A stretch of 64,000 bases of DNA from Dehalococcoidia bacterium (GCA_965117035.1 OZ220748.1:2351992-2415991), one strand, 5' to 3'; positions 25,595 to 36,877 are shown, counted from the first letter of the stretch. Translations and numbers: made by a program. Notes: a model not told the origin generated them from the letters alone.

Positions 25595-26353
25595 ATGATC
25601 GATCTCACCGGCAGGGTCGCGCTGATAACCGGCTCGTCGCGCGGCATCGGCCGCGGCTGCGCCGAGGAGATGGCCCGCGCCGGCGCAGGGATCACCGTCA
25701 ACTACAACAGCCACCGGGAGGACGGCGAGGAGGTCGCCGACGCGGTCCGCGCGCTCGGCGCCGACGCCATCGTCGTCCAGGCCGACGTCTCCGACCGCGA
25801 CGCCGTCGACGCCATGGTCGCCGAGACGGTCGACCACTTCGGCCGGCTCGACATAGTCGTCGCCAACGCCTACTACAGCCGCCGCGAGCCCTTCCTCGAC
25901 ATGTCCGCCGAGGGCATGCGGCGGACGGTCGACGTCAGCCTGTTCGGCGCGTTCCACGCCGCGCAGGCGGGCGCCCGGCAGATGGTCGCACAGGGCGGCG
26001 GCGGCGCCATACTGTTCATCAGCTCGATCCACGCCATCATCCCGGTCCCGACCTCGCTCGCCTACAACGCCGCCAAGGCGGGCATGGACCACATGGCCGC
26101 GACGATGGCCCGGGAGCTGGCCGCGCAGCGCATCCGCGTCAACGTGATCGAGCCGGGCTGGACCGACACCCCCGGCGAGCGCCAGTACTCGACCGACGAG
26201 GAGATCCGCGAGGGCGCGTCCCGCATGCCCTGGGGCAGGCTGGGCACCATCCAGGACATCGGCCGCGCCGCCGCCTTCCTGTGCTCCGACGCCGCCGACT
26301 ACGTGACCGGCTCCGTCCTCAAGGTCGACGGCGGCCTCTCCCTCGAGATGTAG
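25595..26353 (+). CDS. SDR family oxidoreductase (FabG-like)
   Basis: TGSSRGIG cofactor motif, NAY, YNAAK catalytic motif. Confidence 0.85.
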   Translation: MIDLTGRVALITGSSRGIGRGCAEEMARAGAGITVNYNSHREDGEEVADAVRALGADAIVVQADVSDRDAVDAMVAETVDHFGRLDIVVANAYYSRREPFLDMSAEGMRRTVDVSLFGAFHAAQAGARQMVAQGGGGAILFISSIHAIIPVPTSLAYNAAKAGMDHMAATMARELAAQRIRVNVIEPGWTDTPGERQYSTDEEIREGASRMPWGRLGTIQDIGRAAAFLCSDAADYVTGSVLKVDGGLSLEM

Positions 26354-26390
26354 CGGCTTCCAATAGCCGTCGTCCGCTCGACGGGAGGCC

Positions 26391-26640
26391 GTTACCCAAC
26401 CGTCATTCCCGCGCAGAGCCCGCCCCCGTGGAGACGGGGGCGGGAACCCAGGGGCGGGGGGCTTCCAGCTACGAAATCGCCGCATGTCCGCCAGGTCGGT
26501 CTCCCGCAAGCGGGGTTAACGCAAGGTCTCCGACGGCGGAGAGGCATATCCGTCCACTCAAGCCCCGCCCCGGGGTCGAAACGCGGCCCAGGTCTTGACG
26601 ACCCCGCCCCAGGTCCTTCGCGTTGCCCAGGACGACATTC
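26391..26640. repeat. modular intergenic repeat cluster ending in a 39-nt unit also found at 27898-27936
   Basis: CGTCATTCCCGCGCAGAGCCCGCCCCCGTGGAGACGGGGGCGGGAACCCAGGGG..., then CGACCCCGCCCCAGGTCCTTCGCGTTGCCCAGGACGACA (26599-26637). Confidence 0.65.
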
Positions 26641-26700
26641 ACCGCTCACCGCACGCCGCCGCGGGACGGGTGGGGCGGGCGGGTCTCCAACGGCTCGCCG

Positions 26701-27768
26701 TCAGGCGAGGCCGGCGCGTTGGGCGAGCCACCGCCGGGCGATGGCGCCCTGGGCGTCCTGGAAGGCGCGGACCGTGGGCAGGCCGGGCGGCGGGGGCTGC
26801 GCGGCGTGGTAGGTGAAGAAGCCGGCGAGCCCGGCGACGGCCGTCGTGACGGCGTCCGGGTCGGCGGCCCGGTACGCGGAGTGCCTGCACGCGACCTCCT
26901 CCGGGGGCGGCCCGCCCTGCATCGTCACGCTGGGCGCGAAGGCGACCACGTCCAGCCATGGAGGGCCGAGGCATGCGTGTGGCCAGTCCACGAACCAGGT
27001 GCGGTCCGGCGTGAGCAGGATGTTGTCGGCGCGCACGTCGTAGTTCACTAGCGTGTCGCCGGACACGGCGTCGCCGATGGAGGCCTCGATCTCGACCAGC
27101 GTGTCCAGGTGGCGCCGCGTCCAGCCGTCCACGCGGTCGAGCCGGGAGGGCCGTTCGTCCCGGAGGCGGCGCCAGACCCGGAGGCCCAGGAAGCGCTCGC
27201 CCGCCGTGCCCACGGCGGACGCGGGCAGCGGCGACGGCGTCAGCGTCTCGGCGAGCTGCTCCGTCGCCGCGACGACGCGGTCGAGCTCGTCGAGGCGCCA
27301 GGGCTGGGCGGGATGGCGGCCGTCGACGTCCTCGAAGACGAGGAGCACCCAGCCGTGGTCGGGCTCGTGGGGCCCCCCGGCCCCTGGGTTCCCGCCTTCG
27401 CGGGAATGACGGTTGTGTGAGGGTTCGCCTTCGCTGGTATAGCGGTTGGGCGGAGGGCCCTCGTCGCAGGACCAGAGCAGGCGCGGGACCGGGGTGGAAG
27501 CGGGCAGGCTGGCGGCGATGGAGATCTCGCGGCGGTGGATCGCCGGCGCGTCGGCGTTGGGCTCGGGACCGACCGCCTTGGCGAAGACGCGACGGCCGTC
27601 GGCCGCGGTCAGCCGCGCGGCCACGCCGGGCGAGAAGCCGGTGGGCTGCGTTACGGCGCTGACGACCGGGCTGCCGAGCCAGCGGTCGACCTCGTCCCGG
27701 ACGCGCCGGGGCATGTCGGCCCAGGCGAGCCTGGCGCCGCGGTCGGGCGGTGGCTGTCGATCTGGCAT
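26701..27768 (-). CDS. phosphotransferase (APH/choline-kinase-like) family protein carrying an in-frame repeat insertion
   Basis: Kinase-like motifs: LVNYDVRADNILLTPDRTWFVDWPHA. The N-lobe loop contains ...SHNRHSREGGNPGAGG..., which is encoded by a repeat module. Confidence 0.75.
   Translation of the reverse strand: MPDRQPPPDRGARLAWADMPRRVRDEVDRWLGSPVVSAVTQPTGFSPGVAARLTAADGRRVFAKAVGPEPNADAPAIHRREISIAASLPASTPVPRLLWSCDEGPPPNRYTSEGEPSHNRHSREGGNPGAGGPHEPDHGWVLLVFEDVDGRHPAQPWRLDELDRVVAATEQLAETLTPSPLPASAVGTAGERFLGLRVWRRLRDERPSRLDRVDGWTRRHLDTLVEIEASIGDAVSGDTLVNYDVRADNILLTPDRTWFVDWPHACLGPPWLDVVAFAPSVTMQGGPPPEEVACRHSAYRAADPDAVTTAVAGLAGFFTYHAAQPPPPGLPTVRAFQDAQGAIARRWLAQRAGLA
27381..27450. repeat. repeat module(s) inside the phosphotransferase CDS
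   Basis: CCCCTGGGTTCCCGCCTTCGCGGGAATGACGGTTGTG (27381-27417) is the canonical module. A degenerate second copy, GGGTTCGCCTTCGCTGGTATAGCGGTTGGG, follows. The reading frame is preserved. Confidence 0.7.
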
Positions 27769-27854
27769 CAGAGTCTTGGTTTCGAGGCTGGTTGGGTCAA
27801 CGCGATGCTACCGAGGGACGCGGCCCAACCAGGCGAGTGTCGCCCCGAACGAAG

Positions 27855-27936
27855 TGAGGGGACTGGGGCGGGGTTGGCACGCTGTCGAAGTCGCGGCGAC
27901 CCCGCCCCAGGTCCTTCGCGTTACTCAGGACGACAG
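27855..27936. repeat. repeat unit, direct copy of 26599-26637, plus a partner arm forming a long hairpin
   Basis: CGACCCCGCCCCAGGTCCTTCGCGTTACTCAGGACGACA (27898-27936) has 2 mismatches to the copy at 26599. GACTGGGGCGGGGT at about 27861 is its near-complement. Confidence 0.6.
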
Positions 27937-27973
27937 CTATCCGCACACGCTGAGACTCGCCGGCGCGGGACGG

Positions 27974-28996
27974 CTACAGGGGGAAACTGACCGTCTGGCC
28001 GGTCTCGCCCGACTTGCGCATGGCGAGCGCGGCCTCGATCGACGCGCGGCCGTCGTGCCCGTCCGACTTGGGCGGGCGCCCCTCGTTGATGCTGGCGATG
28101 AACTCCTGGAACTCGGTCAGGAACCCCTGGTAGTGTGTCGCCCCGCTGAGCCGCTCGAACCCCTCGACCGGCGGGTCGTCCCGGTGCGGGTAGTCGACCT
28201 CGACCCAGTCGCCCTTGCCGAGCCTGACCCTGCTGCCTGTGAGCTCGATCATGCCCTTCGTGCCGCCTATCCGCCAGTCGGAGTAGCTCCCTCCGGGGTC
28301 GGACTTGGCGTCGATGAGCGCGGCGAAGGCGCCGTTTTTGAAGGTGAAGCCGCCGATGATGACGTCCTCGCCGTCGCCGCCGGAGGCGTACCGCCCCATC
28401 CCGATGGCCGTTGCGGTCTCGTAGTCGCTGCCGGCCAGCCAGCGGAGCTGGTCGGTGTAGTGCGGGCCCTCGTAGGTGAGCGTGCCCCCGCCGGTCTCCC
28501 TCCACCGGTGCCACCTGTTCGACGTGGGGTCGCCGCTGCCGGTGCGGGTGAAGGTGACCCAGACCACGGCGCCGATCTCCCCGGCGTCGATCATGCTCTT
28601 GATCTTGACGTTGAAGGGATAGTACCGGTGGGTCTGGGCGTACATGAGGTTGACGCCCGCCTTGTCGGTGGCCTCGATCATCCGGTCGCACTCCTCCAGG
28701 GTCACCGCGAAGGGCACCTCGACGAGGCAGTGCTTGCCGGCCTTGGCCGCCGCGATCACCGGCGGGGCGTGCGACCCTGAGTTGACCGCGTTGATGGCCT
28801 GGACCCGGTCGTCGTTCACGAGGTCTTCGATGCTGGCGAACGCCTCGACCCCGTGGCGCCTGGCCACGAGCTGGGCCGCCTCCGGGATCAGGTCGTAGAC
28901 GCCGATCAGCTCCGTCTCGTCCATCGCGTTGTACAGCTCCGCGTGCCGCCTGCCGTTGCCGCCGCAGCCGACCACTCCGACACCTACCTTGGCCAT
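27974..28996 (-). CDS. Gfo/Idh/MocA family oxidoreductase
   Basis: MAKVGVGVVGCGGNGRRHAELY Rossmann N-terminus with a strong GGAGGAGGG RBS. The track ORF extends further upstream in-frame, but that part is off-frame sequence of the neighbouring gene. Confidence 0.85.
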   Translation of the reverse strand: MAKVGVGVVGCGGNGRRHAELYNAMDETELIGVYDLIPEAAQLVARRHGVEAFASIEDLVNDDRVQAINAVNSGSHAPPVIAAAKAGKHCLVEVPFAVTLEECDRMIEATDKAGVNLMYAQTHRYYPFNVKIKSMIDAGEIGAVVWVTFTRTGSGDPTSNRWHRWRETGGGTLTYEGPHYTDQLRWLAGSDYETATAIGMGRYASGGDGEDVIIGGFTFKNGAFAALIDAKSDPGGSYSDWRIGGTKGMIELTGSRVRLGKGDWVEVDYPHRDDPPVEGFERLSGATHYQGFLTEFQEFIASINEGRPPKSDGHDGRASIEAALAMRKSGETGQTVSFPL

Positions 28997-29034
28997 CGTT
29001 TCCCTCCTCCGAGGACTGCCGACAGATTGTCCGC

Positions 29035-30672
29035 CTACCTGAACAGGATGTCCAGCTTCTCCATCGCCTCGCCGGATACGTCGATCAGGACGGGCCGCTG
29101 CGCGTCGACCGCGCGCATGACCACGTCGGGCAGGTCGTCGAGCCTGTCCGCCCTGAGCCCCAGCACGCCGAAGGACTCGGCCAGCGCCACCAGGTTCGGG
29201 TTGCGCAGGTCGGTCCCGACGACGCGGCCGCCGAACCGGCCCTCCTCCTGGTCGTACTGGGACGCGCCGAACTTGCCGTTGTTGAAGACGAGCGTGACCA
29301 GGCCGATGTCGTACTGGGCCGCCGTCGCGAGGTCGCCGACGGCGTACATGAAGCCGCCGTCGCCGGAGAGCGAGATCACGGGCGCGTCCGGGTTGCCGAC
29401 CTTCGCCCCAAGTCCGGTGGGAAAGGCGTAGCCGAGCGTCGTCATGTAGGACGAGGTGAGCATGCCGCCGGGCCTGACCGCGTCGATGCCGGCCATGAAC
29501 CATCTCGAGCCGACCGTGACGCCGGCCACGTAGACCGTCTCGTCGGGCAGCCTGGCGCCGAGCTCGGCGATCGCGGCCATCTGCGCCGGATACGTCCGCT
29601 CCAGGTCGCGGCGCCTCTTCCCGTGGACCTCGGCGAGCAGGTCGGCGTTCCAGGCCGACGCTGTCCGGCGTCCATCGAGCTCGGCGGCGAGGGCCGACAG
29701 CGCCGACCGGGCGTCGGCCTCGACGGTCAGCGCCGGGTCGAAGGCCGTCTCCAGCCGCGACCGGTCGATGTCGACGTGGACCCAGGTCTGCCCCGGCTCG
29801 ACGCCCATGAGCTCGGCCGCGCTCTCGTTGACCCGGCCGCCCACTACCATGACGACGTCGGCGTCGCGGAGCAGGCGCAGCGTCTCCCGGTCCGAATACG
29901 GGGTGTGCGGCGACGTGAAGGCGAGCGGATGGCTGTCCGGCATGGCTCCGCGCGCGTCGGTGCTGAACAGCACGGGCGCCCCGAGCGCCTCGGCCACGCG
30001 CCGCAGGTCCCGGCCCGCGTCGGCGCGCACGACGCCGTCCCCGGCGACGATGGCCGGCCTCTCCGCGCCGGCGAGCATCGACGCGGCGCGCGCCATCAGC
30101 GCGGGGTCGGACGGCGGCGCGGGGTAGCTCTCGGCCTCGATCACGTCGAAGTCCCGAGTCTCGGCCAGGAAGTCCTGCGGCACCTCGACCTCGACGGGCT
30201 GCGGACGCCCCGTCTTGAGCTGCCTGAAGGCCTCGTGCAGCAACGCGGGCACCTCGTCCGGCGACTCGGCCCGTCGGAGCCACTTCGCGACCGGGCTCAT
30301 GAAGTCGAGCTGGTCGTTGATCTCGTGCAGCGCGCCATGCTTGCGGGCGATCTCGACCGAGGACATCTGGCCGGACACGAGGAGCACGGGCGAGCTGCTG
30401 GCGTAGGCGGTGGCCATCGCCGCGCCCGCGTTGTAGGCGCCCGGTCCCGGGACCACCAGCGCGACGCCGGTCTTGCCCGTCGTGCGGGCGTAGCCGTCGG
30501 CGGCGAAGACCGCCGTCTGCTCGTGGCGGCAGGTGATCAGGCGGATTTCGGGCGAGTCGTGGAAGCCGTCGTAGATGTGCATCACCTGGTAGCCGGGGAC
30601 AGCGAAGACGGTGTCCACGCCCTCGGCCACGAGCTGCCTGACCACGGCGTGGCCGGCGGTCATGCGCGTCAT
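29035..30672 (-). CDS. thiamine-pyrophosphate-dependent enzyme (acetolactate synthase large-subunit-like)
   Basis: N-terminal TPP pyrimidine-binding region (GVDTVFAVPG) and C-terminal GDGGFMY TPP motif. Start at MTRMTAGH, with GAGGTG 6 nt upstream. Confidence 0.85.
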   Translation of the reverse strand: MTRMTAGHAVVRQLVAEGVDTVFAVPGYQVMHIYDGFHDSPEIRLITCRHEQTAVFAADGYARTTGKTGVALVVPGPGAYNAGAAMATAYASSSPVLLVSGQMSSVEIARKHGALHEINDQLDFMSPVAKWLRRAESPDEVPALLHEAFRQLKTGRPQPVEVEVPQDFLAETRDFDVIEAESYPAPPSDPALMARAASMLAGAERPAIVAGDGVVRADAGRDLRRVAEALGAPVLFSTDARGAMPDSHPLAFTSPHTPYSDRETLRLLRDADVVMVVGGRVNESAAELMGVEPGQTWVHVDIDRSRLETAFDPALTVEADARSALSALAAELDGRRTASAWNADLLAEVHGKRRRDLERTYPAQMAAIAELGARLPDETVYVAGVTVGSRWFMAGIDAVRPGGMLTSSYMTTLGYAFPTGLGAKVGNPDAPVISLSGDGGFMYAVGDLATAAQYDIGLVTLVFNNGKFGASQYDQEEGRFGGRVVGTDLRNPNLVALAESFGVLGLRADRLDDLPDVVMRAVDAQRPVLIDVSGEAMEKLDILFR

Positions 30673-30760
30673 CTGCTCACCTCGGTCAATGTCACCCTCA
30701 CCCCAGCCCTCTCCCGTCAAGGAAGAGGGGGTTCAATGGCTCGATTATACGACTGGGCCG

Positions 30761-31057
30761 TCATCCCAGGTAGACCGCCACCTGGGCGTGCGGGAAGAGG
30801 ACCTCCAGGCTGCCGCCCCTGTCCCGCTGGAGCTGGAGCACGTAGTCGACGTGTCCCGGGTCGTCGGCGGGCAGCCGGTGCGGGCATGGCTGCATGCGCT
30901 CCTCCTGCGGGCAGAGGTGCATGTCCGCCCGCGTGTCCCAGAAGCCGACCAGCCGCATGGGGAAGTAGAGCGTCTCGGCCGCGTTGCGCAGGTCCGCCAC
31001 CGTCTCGGTGGCCCTGTAGTCGCCGCCGGTCGTTATCTCTACTACGACGCGTTCCAA
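30761..31057 (-). CDS. hypothetical small protein
   Basis: Open frame after thiL with a possible TTG start. Translation: LERVVVEITTGGDYRATETVADLRNAAETLYFPMRLVGFWDTRADMHLCPQEE... No family recognised. Confidence 0.4.
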   Translation of the reverse strand: MERVVVEITTGGDYRATETVADLRNAAETLYFPMRLVGFWDTRADMHLCPQEERMQPCPHRLPADDPGHVDYVLQLQRDRGGSLEVLFPHAQVAVYLG

Positions 31058-31083
31058 CTCCTCTAGACCTCTCGTACAGCCTG

Positions 31084-32112
31084 TCAGCGTGACCGGAAGT
31101 GGTCCCAGCCGCCGGTGTCGACGACCAACGGCTGGCCGCGCTCGTCGATGACGGTGACGCCGGCGTCTTTGTGCACTATCTCCCCGATGACGGACAGCGG
31201 CGCGCCACCCTCTCGGGCGACCTTCTCCAGCGTGTCCACGGTCGCCGCCGCCAGGAGCTCGTAGTCCTCGCCGCCGGCGAGTACCAGCGACAGCCAGTCG
31301 TCCGGGTAGGCGGAGCGCAGGAAGGCGTCCGCGGGCAGTTGGTCCGCCAGGACGACGGCGCCGACGCCGCTGGCGCCGCACAGCTTCCCGAGGTCGTCCA
31401 GCAGCCCGTCGCTGACGTCGATTGCGGCGTGGGCGCCGTAACGGGCGAGCGCCTGGCCCTCGGACAGCCGCGGCTCCGGACGGACGTGCGCGGCACGGAG
31501 ATGGGCGGCGGTCTCGCCGTCGAGCCTGTGCCGCTCAGCCATCATCTTCAGTCCGCCGGCCGAGCGGCCGAGGTATCCGGTGACCACGACGAGGTCGCCG
31601 AGGCGCGCGCCGTGCCGGGAGAGCAGGGGCTGGCCGGCTGTGCCGTCGCCGTCGGCCTGCGCCACGCCGGTGAGGGCCACGGAGACGAAGAAGGTCGGGC
31701 TGCGGACGATGTCGCCGCCGACGAGCGCGCATCCGTACCGTTCGCACGCGTCGAGCATGCCCTCGTACATCTCTACGAGATCGTCCTCCCTCAGGCCGTA
31801 GGGCAGGCCGAGGCCGACCACGGCGGAGACGGGCAGGCAGCCCATCGCCGCCACGTCGCTCAGGTTGACGGCGATGGACTTCCAGCCCAGGTCGCGCCAG
31901 CCCGTCGAGGCGAGATCGAAGTGGATGCCCTCGACCAGCACGTCGTTGGTGATCACGTCTACGCCGGCCGGTCTCTCCCAAGCCGCGGCGTCGTCGCCCA
32001 GGCCGATCTTGAGGCGATGCCCGTCGGCGGCCGGCCGGTCGAGCCCGCGCCGCTCGATCAGCCCGGTCAGCACGCGAATAAGGTCGAACTCCCCGATGTC
32101 CTCTACGCGCAT
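31084..32112 (-). CDS. thiL: thiamine-monophosphate kinase
   Basis: MRVEDIGEFDLI...GDDAA...DVLVEGIHF...GGDI AIR-synthase-like pattern. An internal ATG at 32112 was chosen. Confidence 0.85.
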   Translation of the reverse strand: MRVEDIGEFDLIRVLTGLIERRGLDRPAADGHRLKIGLGDDAAAWERPAGVDVITNDVLVEGIHFDLASTGWRDLGWKSIAVNLSDVAAMGCLPVSAVVGLGLPYGLREDDLVEMYEGMLDACERYGCALVGGDIVRSPTFFVSVALTGVAQADGDGTAGQPLLSRHGARLGDLVVVTGYLGRSAGGLKMMAERHRLDGETAAHLRAAHVRPEPRLSEGQALARYGAHAAIDVSDGLLDDLGKLCGASGVGAVVLADQLPADAFLRSAYPDDWLSLVLAGGEDYELLAAATVDTLEKVAREGGAPLSVIGEIVHKDAGVTVIDERGQPLVVDTGGWDHFRSR

Positions 32113-32282
32113 GCCGCAGATTATACCCGCGCGGACGCCACTCCGGCGCCGCCCCATGACGACGGGAACCCGCCGGCGCCGCGATTGCATCAAATCGTAT
32201 AGGATGGACTGGACGGCCGGTGTCCCCGCCGCTTCAGCAGTCCACGATGGGTCCGCCGTACGCAATCGAAACGGGAGCGAAA

Positions 32283-32924
32283 ATGCTCAAGAAGCTGGGC
32301 AAGATCACTAAGGTCAAGCAGAACGACCAGGGCCGAAAGGCGCCTCCGGGGCAGTACGTCACCACGAAGTTCCCGGTGCTCTCCTTCGGCCCGACGCCGA
32401 AGATCGACCTGGCCGCGTGGCGGTTCCGGGTCTTCGGCCTCGTCGACCAGGAGGTCGAGCTCGACTGGCGGCAGTTCACGCAGCTGCCGAAGGTGACCGT
32501 CGACGCCGAGTTCCACTGCGTCACGCAGTGGAGCCGGCTGGACAACACGTGGGAGGGCGTGCCGTTCTCCGAGGTCCTGAAGCTGGCGCCGCCGAAGCCG
32601 GAGGCGAAGTTCGTCATGGCCCACTGCTACGGCGGCTACACGACCAACGTCGGCCTCGACGTGCTTGGCGATTCGGACGTGCTGTTCGCCTACGGGCACG
32701 ATGGCGAGCCGCTGGAGCCCGACCACGGCGGCCCGCTGAGACTGGTCGTCCCGAAGCGCTACGGCTGGAAGTCTGCGAAGTGGATCAACGGCATCGAGTA
32801 CCTGGCCGAGGACGCCCCCGGGTTCTGGGAGCTGAGGGGCTACCACATGGAGGGCGACCCGCTGAAGGAGCAGCGCTTCTGGGAGCGCCCGCCCCTGCGC
32901 CAGGCCGCCGGTCCCGGCCGGTAG
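32283..32924 (+). CDS. molybdopterin-dependent oxidoreductase (sulfite oxidase-like / YedY-MsrP-like)
   Basis: FHCVTQWSRLDNTWEGVPFSEVL...PLRLVVPKRYGWKSAKWI. GGGAG RBS before the ATG at 32283. Confidence 0.8.
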   Translation: MLKKLGKITKVKQNDQGRKAPPGQYVTTKFPVLSFGPTPKIDLAAWRFRVFGLVDQEVELDWRQFTQLPKVTVDAEFHCVTQWSRLDNTWEGVPFSEVLKLAPPKPEAKFVMAHCYGGYTTNVGLDVLGDSDVLFAYGHDGEPLEPDHGGPLRLVVPKRYGWKSAKWINGIEYLAEDAPGFWELRGYHMEGDPLKEQRFWERPPLRQAAGPGR

Positions 32925-32976
32925 AGCACCGGGCCCAGCCCGCTACCGCCGTGCGCGGGTGGGAATGGGATCCACG

Positions 32977-33165
32977 TCAGCGTCGAGGTCGCTTGCCGCC
33001 CTTGTCACCGCAATCGACGGGCCGTCGGAAGACACCGCGCCTGGCGTCGGACCAGTCTGGAATCTCCGGGGCGTCAGTCGTGTCGATCTGATCGTCGGGC
33101 AGAGCCTTCAACGCCCGTATCTGTTCCTGGACGTCTGGCGGCTGCTCAGTAATGTCCTTCTTCAT
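32977..33165 (-). CDS. small BrnA/DUF4415-like protein
   Basis: MKKDITEQ...DDQIDTTDAPEIPDWSDARRGVFRRP resembles the DUF4415 antitoxin-type pattern. GAGGGAGG RBS. No partner toxin gene seen. Confidence 0.35.
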   Translation of the reverse strand: MKKDITEQPPDVQEQIRALKALPDDQIDTTDAPEIPDWSDARRGVFRRPVDCGDKGGKRPRR

Positions 33166-33383
33166 GGGCCTCCCTCTCATGCCTCGTCGCCCTGGCCGGG
33201 GGCTGGACCACCCAGGGCAACCGGGCCGTGCTATGGCGAGCGTCGCGACGCCCTGGACAGAGCGGGCTCTCTGCCCCTACCTCGCACAACCCGGTCACCC
33301 CGAGTGTCGGTAGAGAGGGACGATAATTTCTGGTAGCGGCTTTCGATTACCTCTCGTAGAGGGTTGTTTGTGCCGCGGCGCGG

Positions 33384-33578
33384 CTAGGCGACCTTCTTCG
33401 CCTCAGCCTTCTGCTCCGCGGCCTCCGTGCGCTCTCGCACGATCGAGGCAAGGATGTCGTCCACCCGTTCGATGTCGACGACCATGCCGCACTGCAGGCA
33501 CTGCTTGTAGTCGCCGTAGAAGTCGCTGCCTATCTGCATGTCGCCGTGGCACTTTGCGCAAGCCTTGAAGAGTAGCAT
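33384..33578 (-). CDS. small zinc-ribbon protein
   Basis: MLLFKACAKCHGDM...YKQCLQCGMVV. Strong GAGGAGGTG RBS. Divergent from hspR. Confidence 0.55.
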   Translation of the reverse strand: MLLFKACAKCHGDMQIGSDFYGDYKQCLQCGMVVDIERVDDILASIVRERTEAAEQKAEAKKVA

Positions 33579-33751
33579 CGTCGGGCACCTCCTCTCGTCC
33601 ATTCGGGCCCTTTCTCGCCCGTGCGGCCCGGTTGCGGGCCATTCACTCTTGTGATGTTGCTGTATATATACGTAAGATGCGCCGATTTGGATTTCGGTTT
33701 GGCCCACGGATTTGAGATTCAGGAACAAAATTGGAATGCCGTAGTATACCA

Positions 33752-33781
33752 CTTGACACACTGCGTATCAAGTGCTACCCT
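33752..33781 (+). promoter_or_regulatory. putative heat-shock promoter overlapped by a HAIR-like inverted repeat
   Basis: TTGACA (33753-33758), 17 nt, TACCCT (33776-33781). CTTGACA-N7-TATCAAG (33752-33772) resembles the HspR operator consensus CTTGAGT-N7-ACTCAAG. Confidence 0.5.
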
Positions 33782-33799
33782 TCGTCATGACGCAGGGAG

Positions 33800-34231
33800 A
33801 TGCCGGAAGCCCGGCGTTCTCCCGAGACGGCCCGACGGACGGAGCCCATGAGACAGAGAAGGTTCACGACGCGCGTTCCCCAGGACCCGGACGCCGGCAG
33901 CGGGGTCTACATCATCAGCGTGGCCGCCCGCATCCTGTCGATGCACCCGCAGACGTTGCGGAAGTACGAGCGGGCCGAGCTGGTGAGGCCCTCGCGGACG
34001 CAGGGCAAGCTGCGCCTGTACTCCGAGGAGGACATCGCCCGACTCAGGCTGATCAAGCACCTGGTGGACCGGGGGCTGAACCTGGCGGGCGTGCGGCTCG
34101 TGCTCGACCTGTTCAACCGCCTGCTGGAGATGCGAGGCTCGATGAACGCCGTCAGCGACGACGAGTTGAGACGCCACATCGCGGACAGCATGGACGAGGT
34201 CTTCGCCCTGCTCGACGTGCGCTGGCGCTAG
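33800..34231 (+). CDS. hspR: MerR-family heat-shock repressor HspR
   Basis: YIISVAARILSMHPQTLRKYERAELVRPSRTQGKLRLYSEEDIARLRLIKHLV. An alternative start at 33848 is possible. Confidence 0.8.
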   Translation: MPEARRSPETARRTEPMRQRRFTTRVPQDPDAGSGVYIISVAARILSMHPQTLRKYERAELVRPSRTQGKLRLYSEEDIARLRLIKHLVDRGLNLAGVRLVLDLFNRLLEMRGSMNAVSDDELRRHIADSMDEVFALLDVRWR

Positions 34232-34253
34232 ACCGACACGGAGACCGACAGCA

Positions 34254-34835
34254 ATGAGCCAACCGGAGCAACCACAGGAGCCGCCCTGCCCCGAAGAGAA
34301 CGAGGACGGGCGCGACGACGCCGACCTGCGGCAGCGCCTGGAGGAGGCCGAACGGGAGACGGGCCAGTTCCGCAAGCTGGCGCAGCGCGCCCAGGCCGAC
34401 CTGACCAACTACAGGAAGCGGGCCGCGGAGGAGGTCGAGGAGGCGAGGCGCCAGACGGCGGCCGGCCTGCTGCTGAGAATCGTCGCCACCAGGGACGACA
34501 TACAGCGCGCGCTCGACCTCGTCCCGGAGGACGGCGCCTCCGAGGGCTGGGCCGAGGGCCTCGCTCTGGTGATGAGGAACATCGACAGAGCCCTCGAGGC
34601 CGAGGGCGTTACCCGGACCGACGCGCTCGGCAAGCCGTTCGAGCCCTGGGAGTGCGAGGCGGTGCAGTATGAGGAGACGAACGAGGCCGCCGACGGGACC
34701 GTCGTGAGCGTGTTCAGGGACGGATTCAGCCACCGCGGGCGCGTGCTCCGGGCCGCGCAGGTGGTGGTGGCCAAGAGACCGGAAACAACCGAAGCGGCAC
34801 AGCCGCAGAACGAGAACGCTGAGGAGACTCACTAG
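34254..34835 (+). CDS. grpE: nucleotide exchange factor GrpE
   Basis: Position before dnaK. GrpE pattern: DLTNYRKRA...ALGKPFEPWECEAV. Confidence 0.9.
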   Translation: MSQPEQPQEPPCPEENEDGRDDADLRQRLEEAERETGQFRKLAQRAQADLTNYRKRAAEEVEEARRQTAAGLLLRIVATRDDIQRALDLVPEDGASEGWAEGLALVMRNIDRALEAEGVTRTDALGKPFEPWECEAVQYEETNEAADGTVVSVFRDGFSHRGRVLRAAQVVVAKRPETTEAAQPQNENAEETH

Positions 34836-36734
<1,899 letters not shown>

Positions 36735-36796
36735 GCCGCTGGCGGGGACTACCCGTGGGCGGCCATGGCCGTCTCTGGGTCGGGCGACGCTTTACA

Positions 36797-36877
36797 ATGG
36801 TCACCCATGGCGAGCTCAAGATCGGGACCTTCCACGGTATGCTGAAGCAGTTGGGGATCAGGCAGGAGGAGTTCTGA
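36797..36877 (+). pseudogene. hicA toxin remnant (C-terminal 26 codons only)
   Basis: MVTHGELKIGTFHGMLKQLGIRQEEF matches only the C-terminal strand/helix of HicA. The N-terminal dsRBD-like part is absent. Its stop abuts the hicB ATG. Confidence 0.5.

Noticed and set aside
27974-30283. A 769-aa ORF suggesting a large fusion protein, and the long N-terminal extensions of ORFs 60972-62747, 62024-63997, 41829-43718 and 30761-31381.
   Set aside because: Only the C-terminal parts, downstream of internal starts with good RBS, match protein families. The upstream parts overlap neighbouring genes read in another frame and have off-frame composition.
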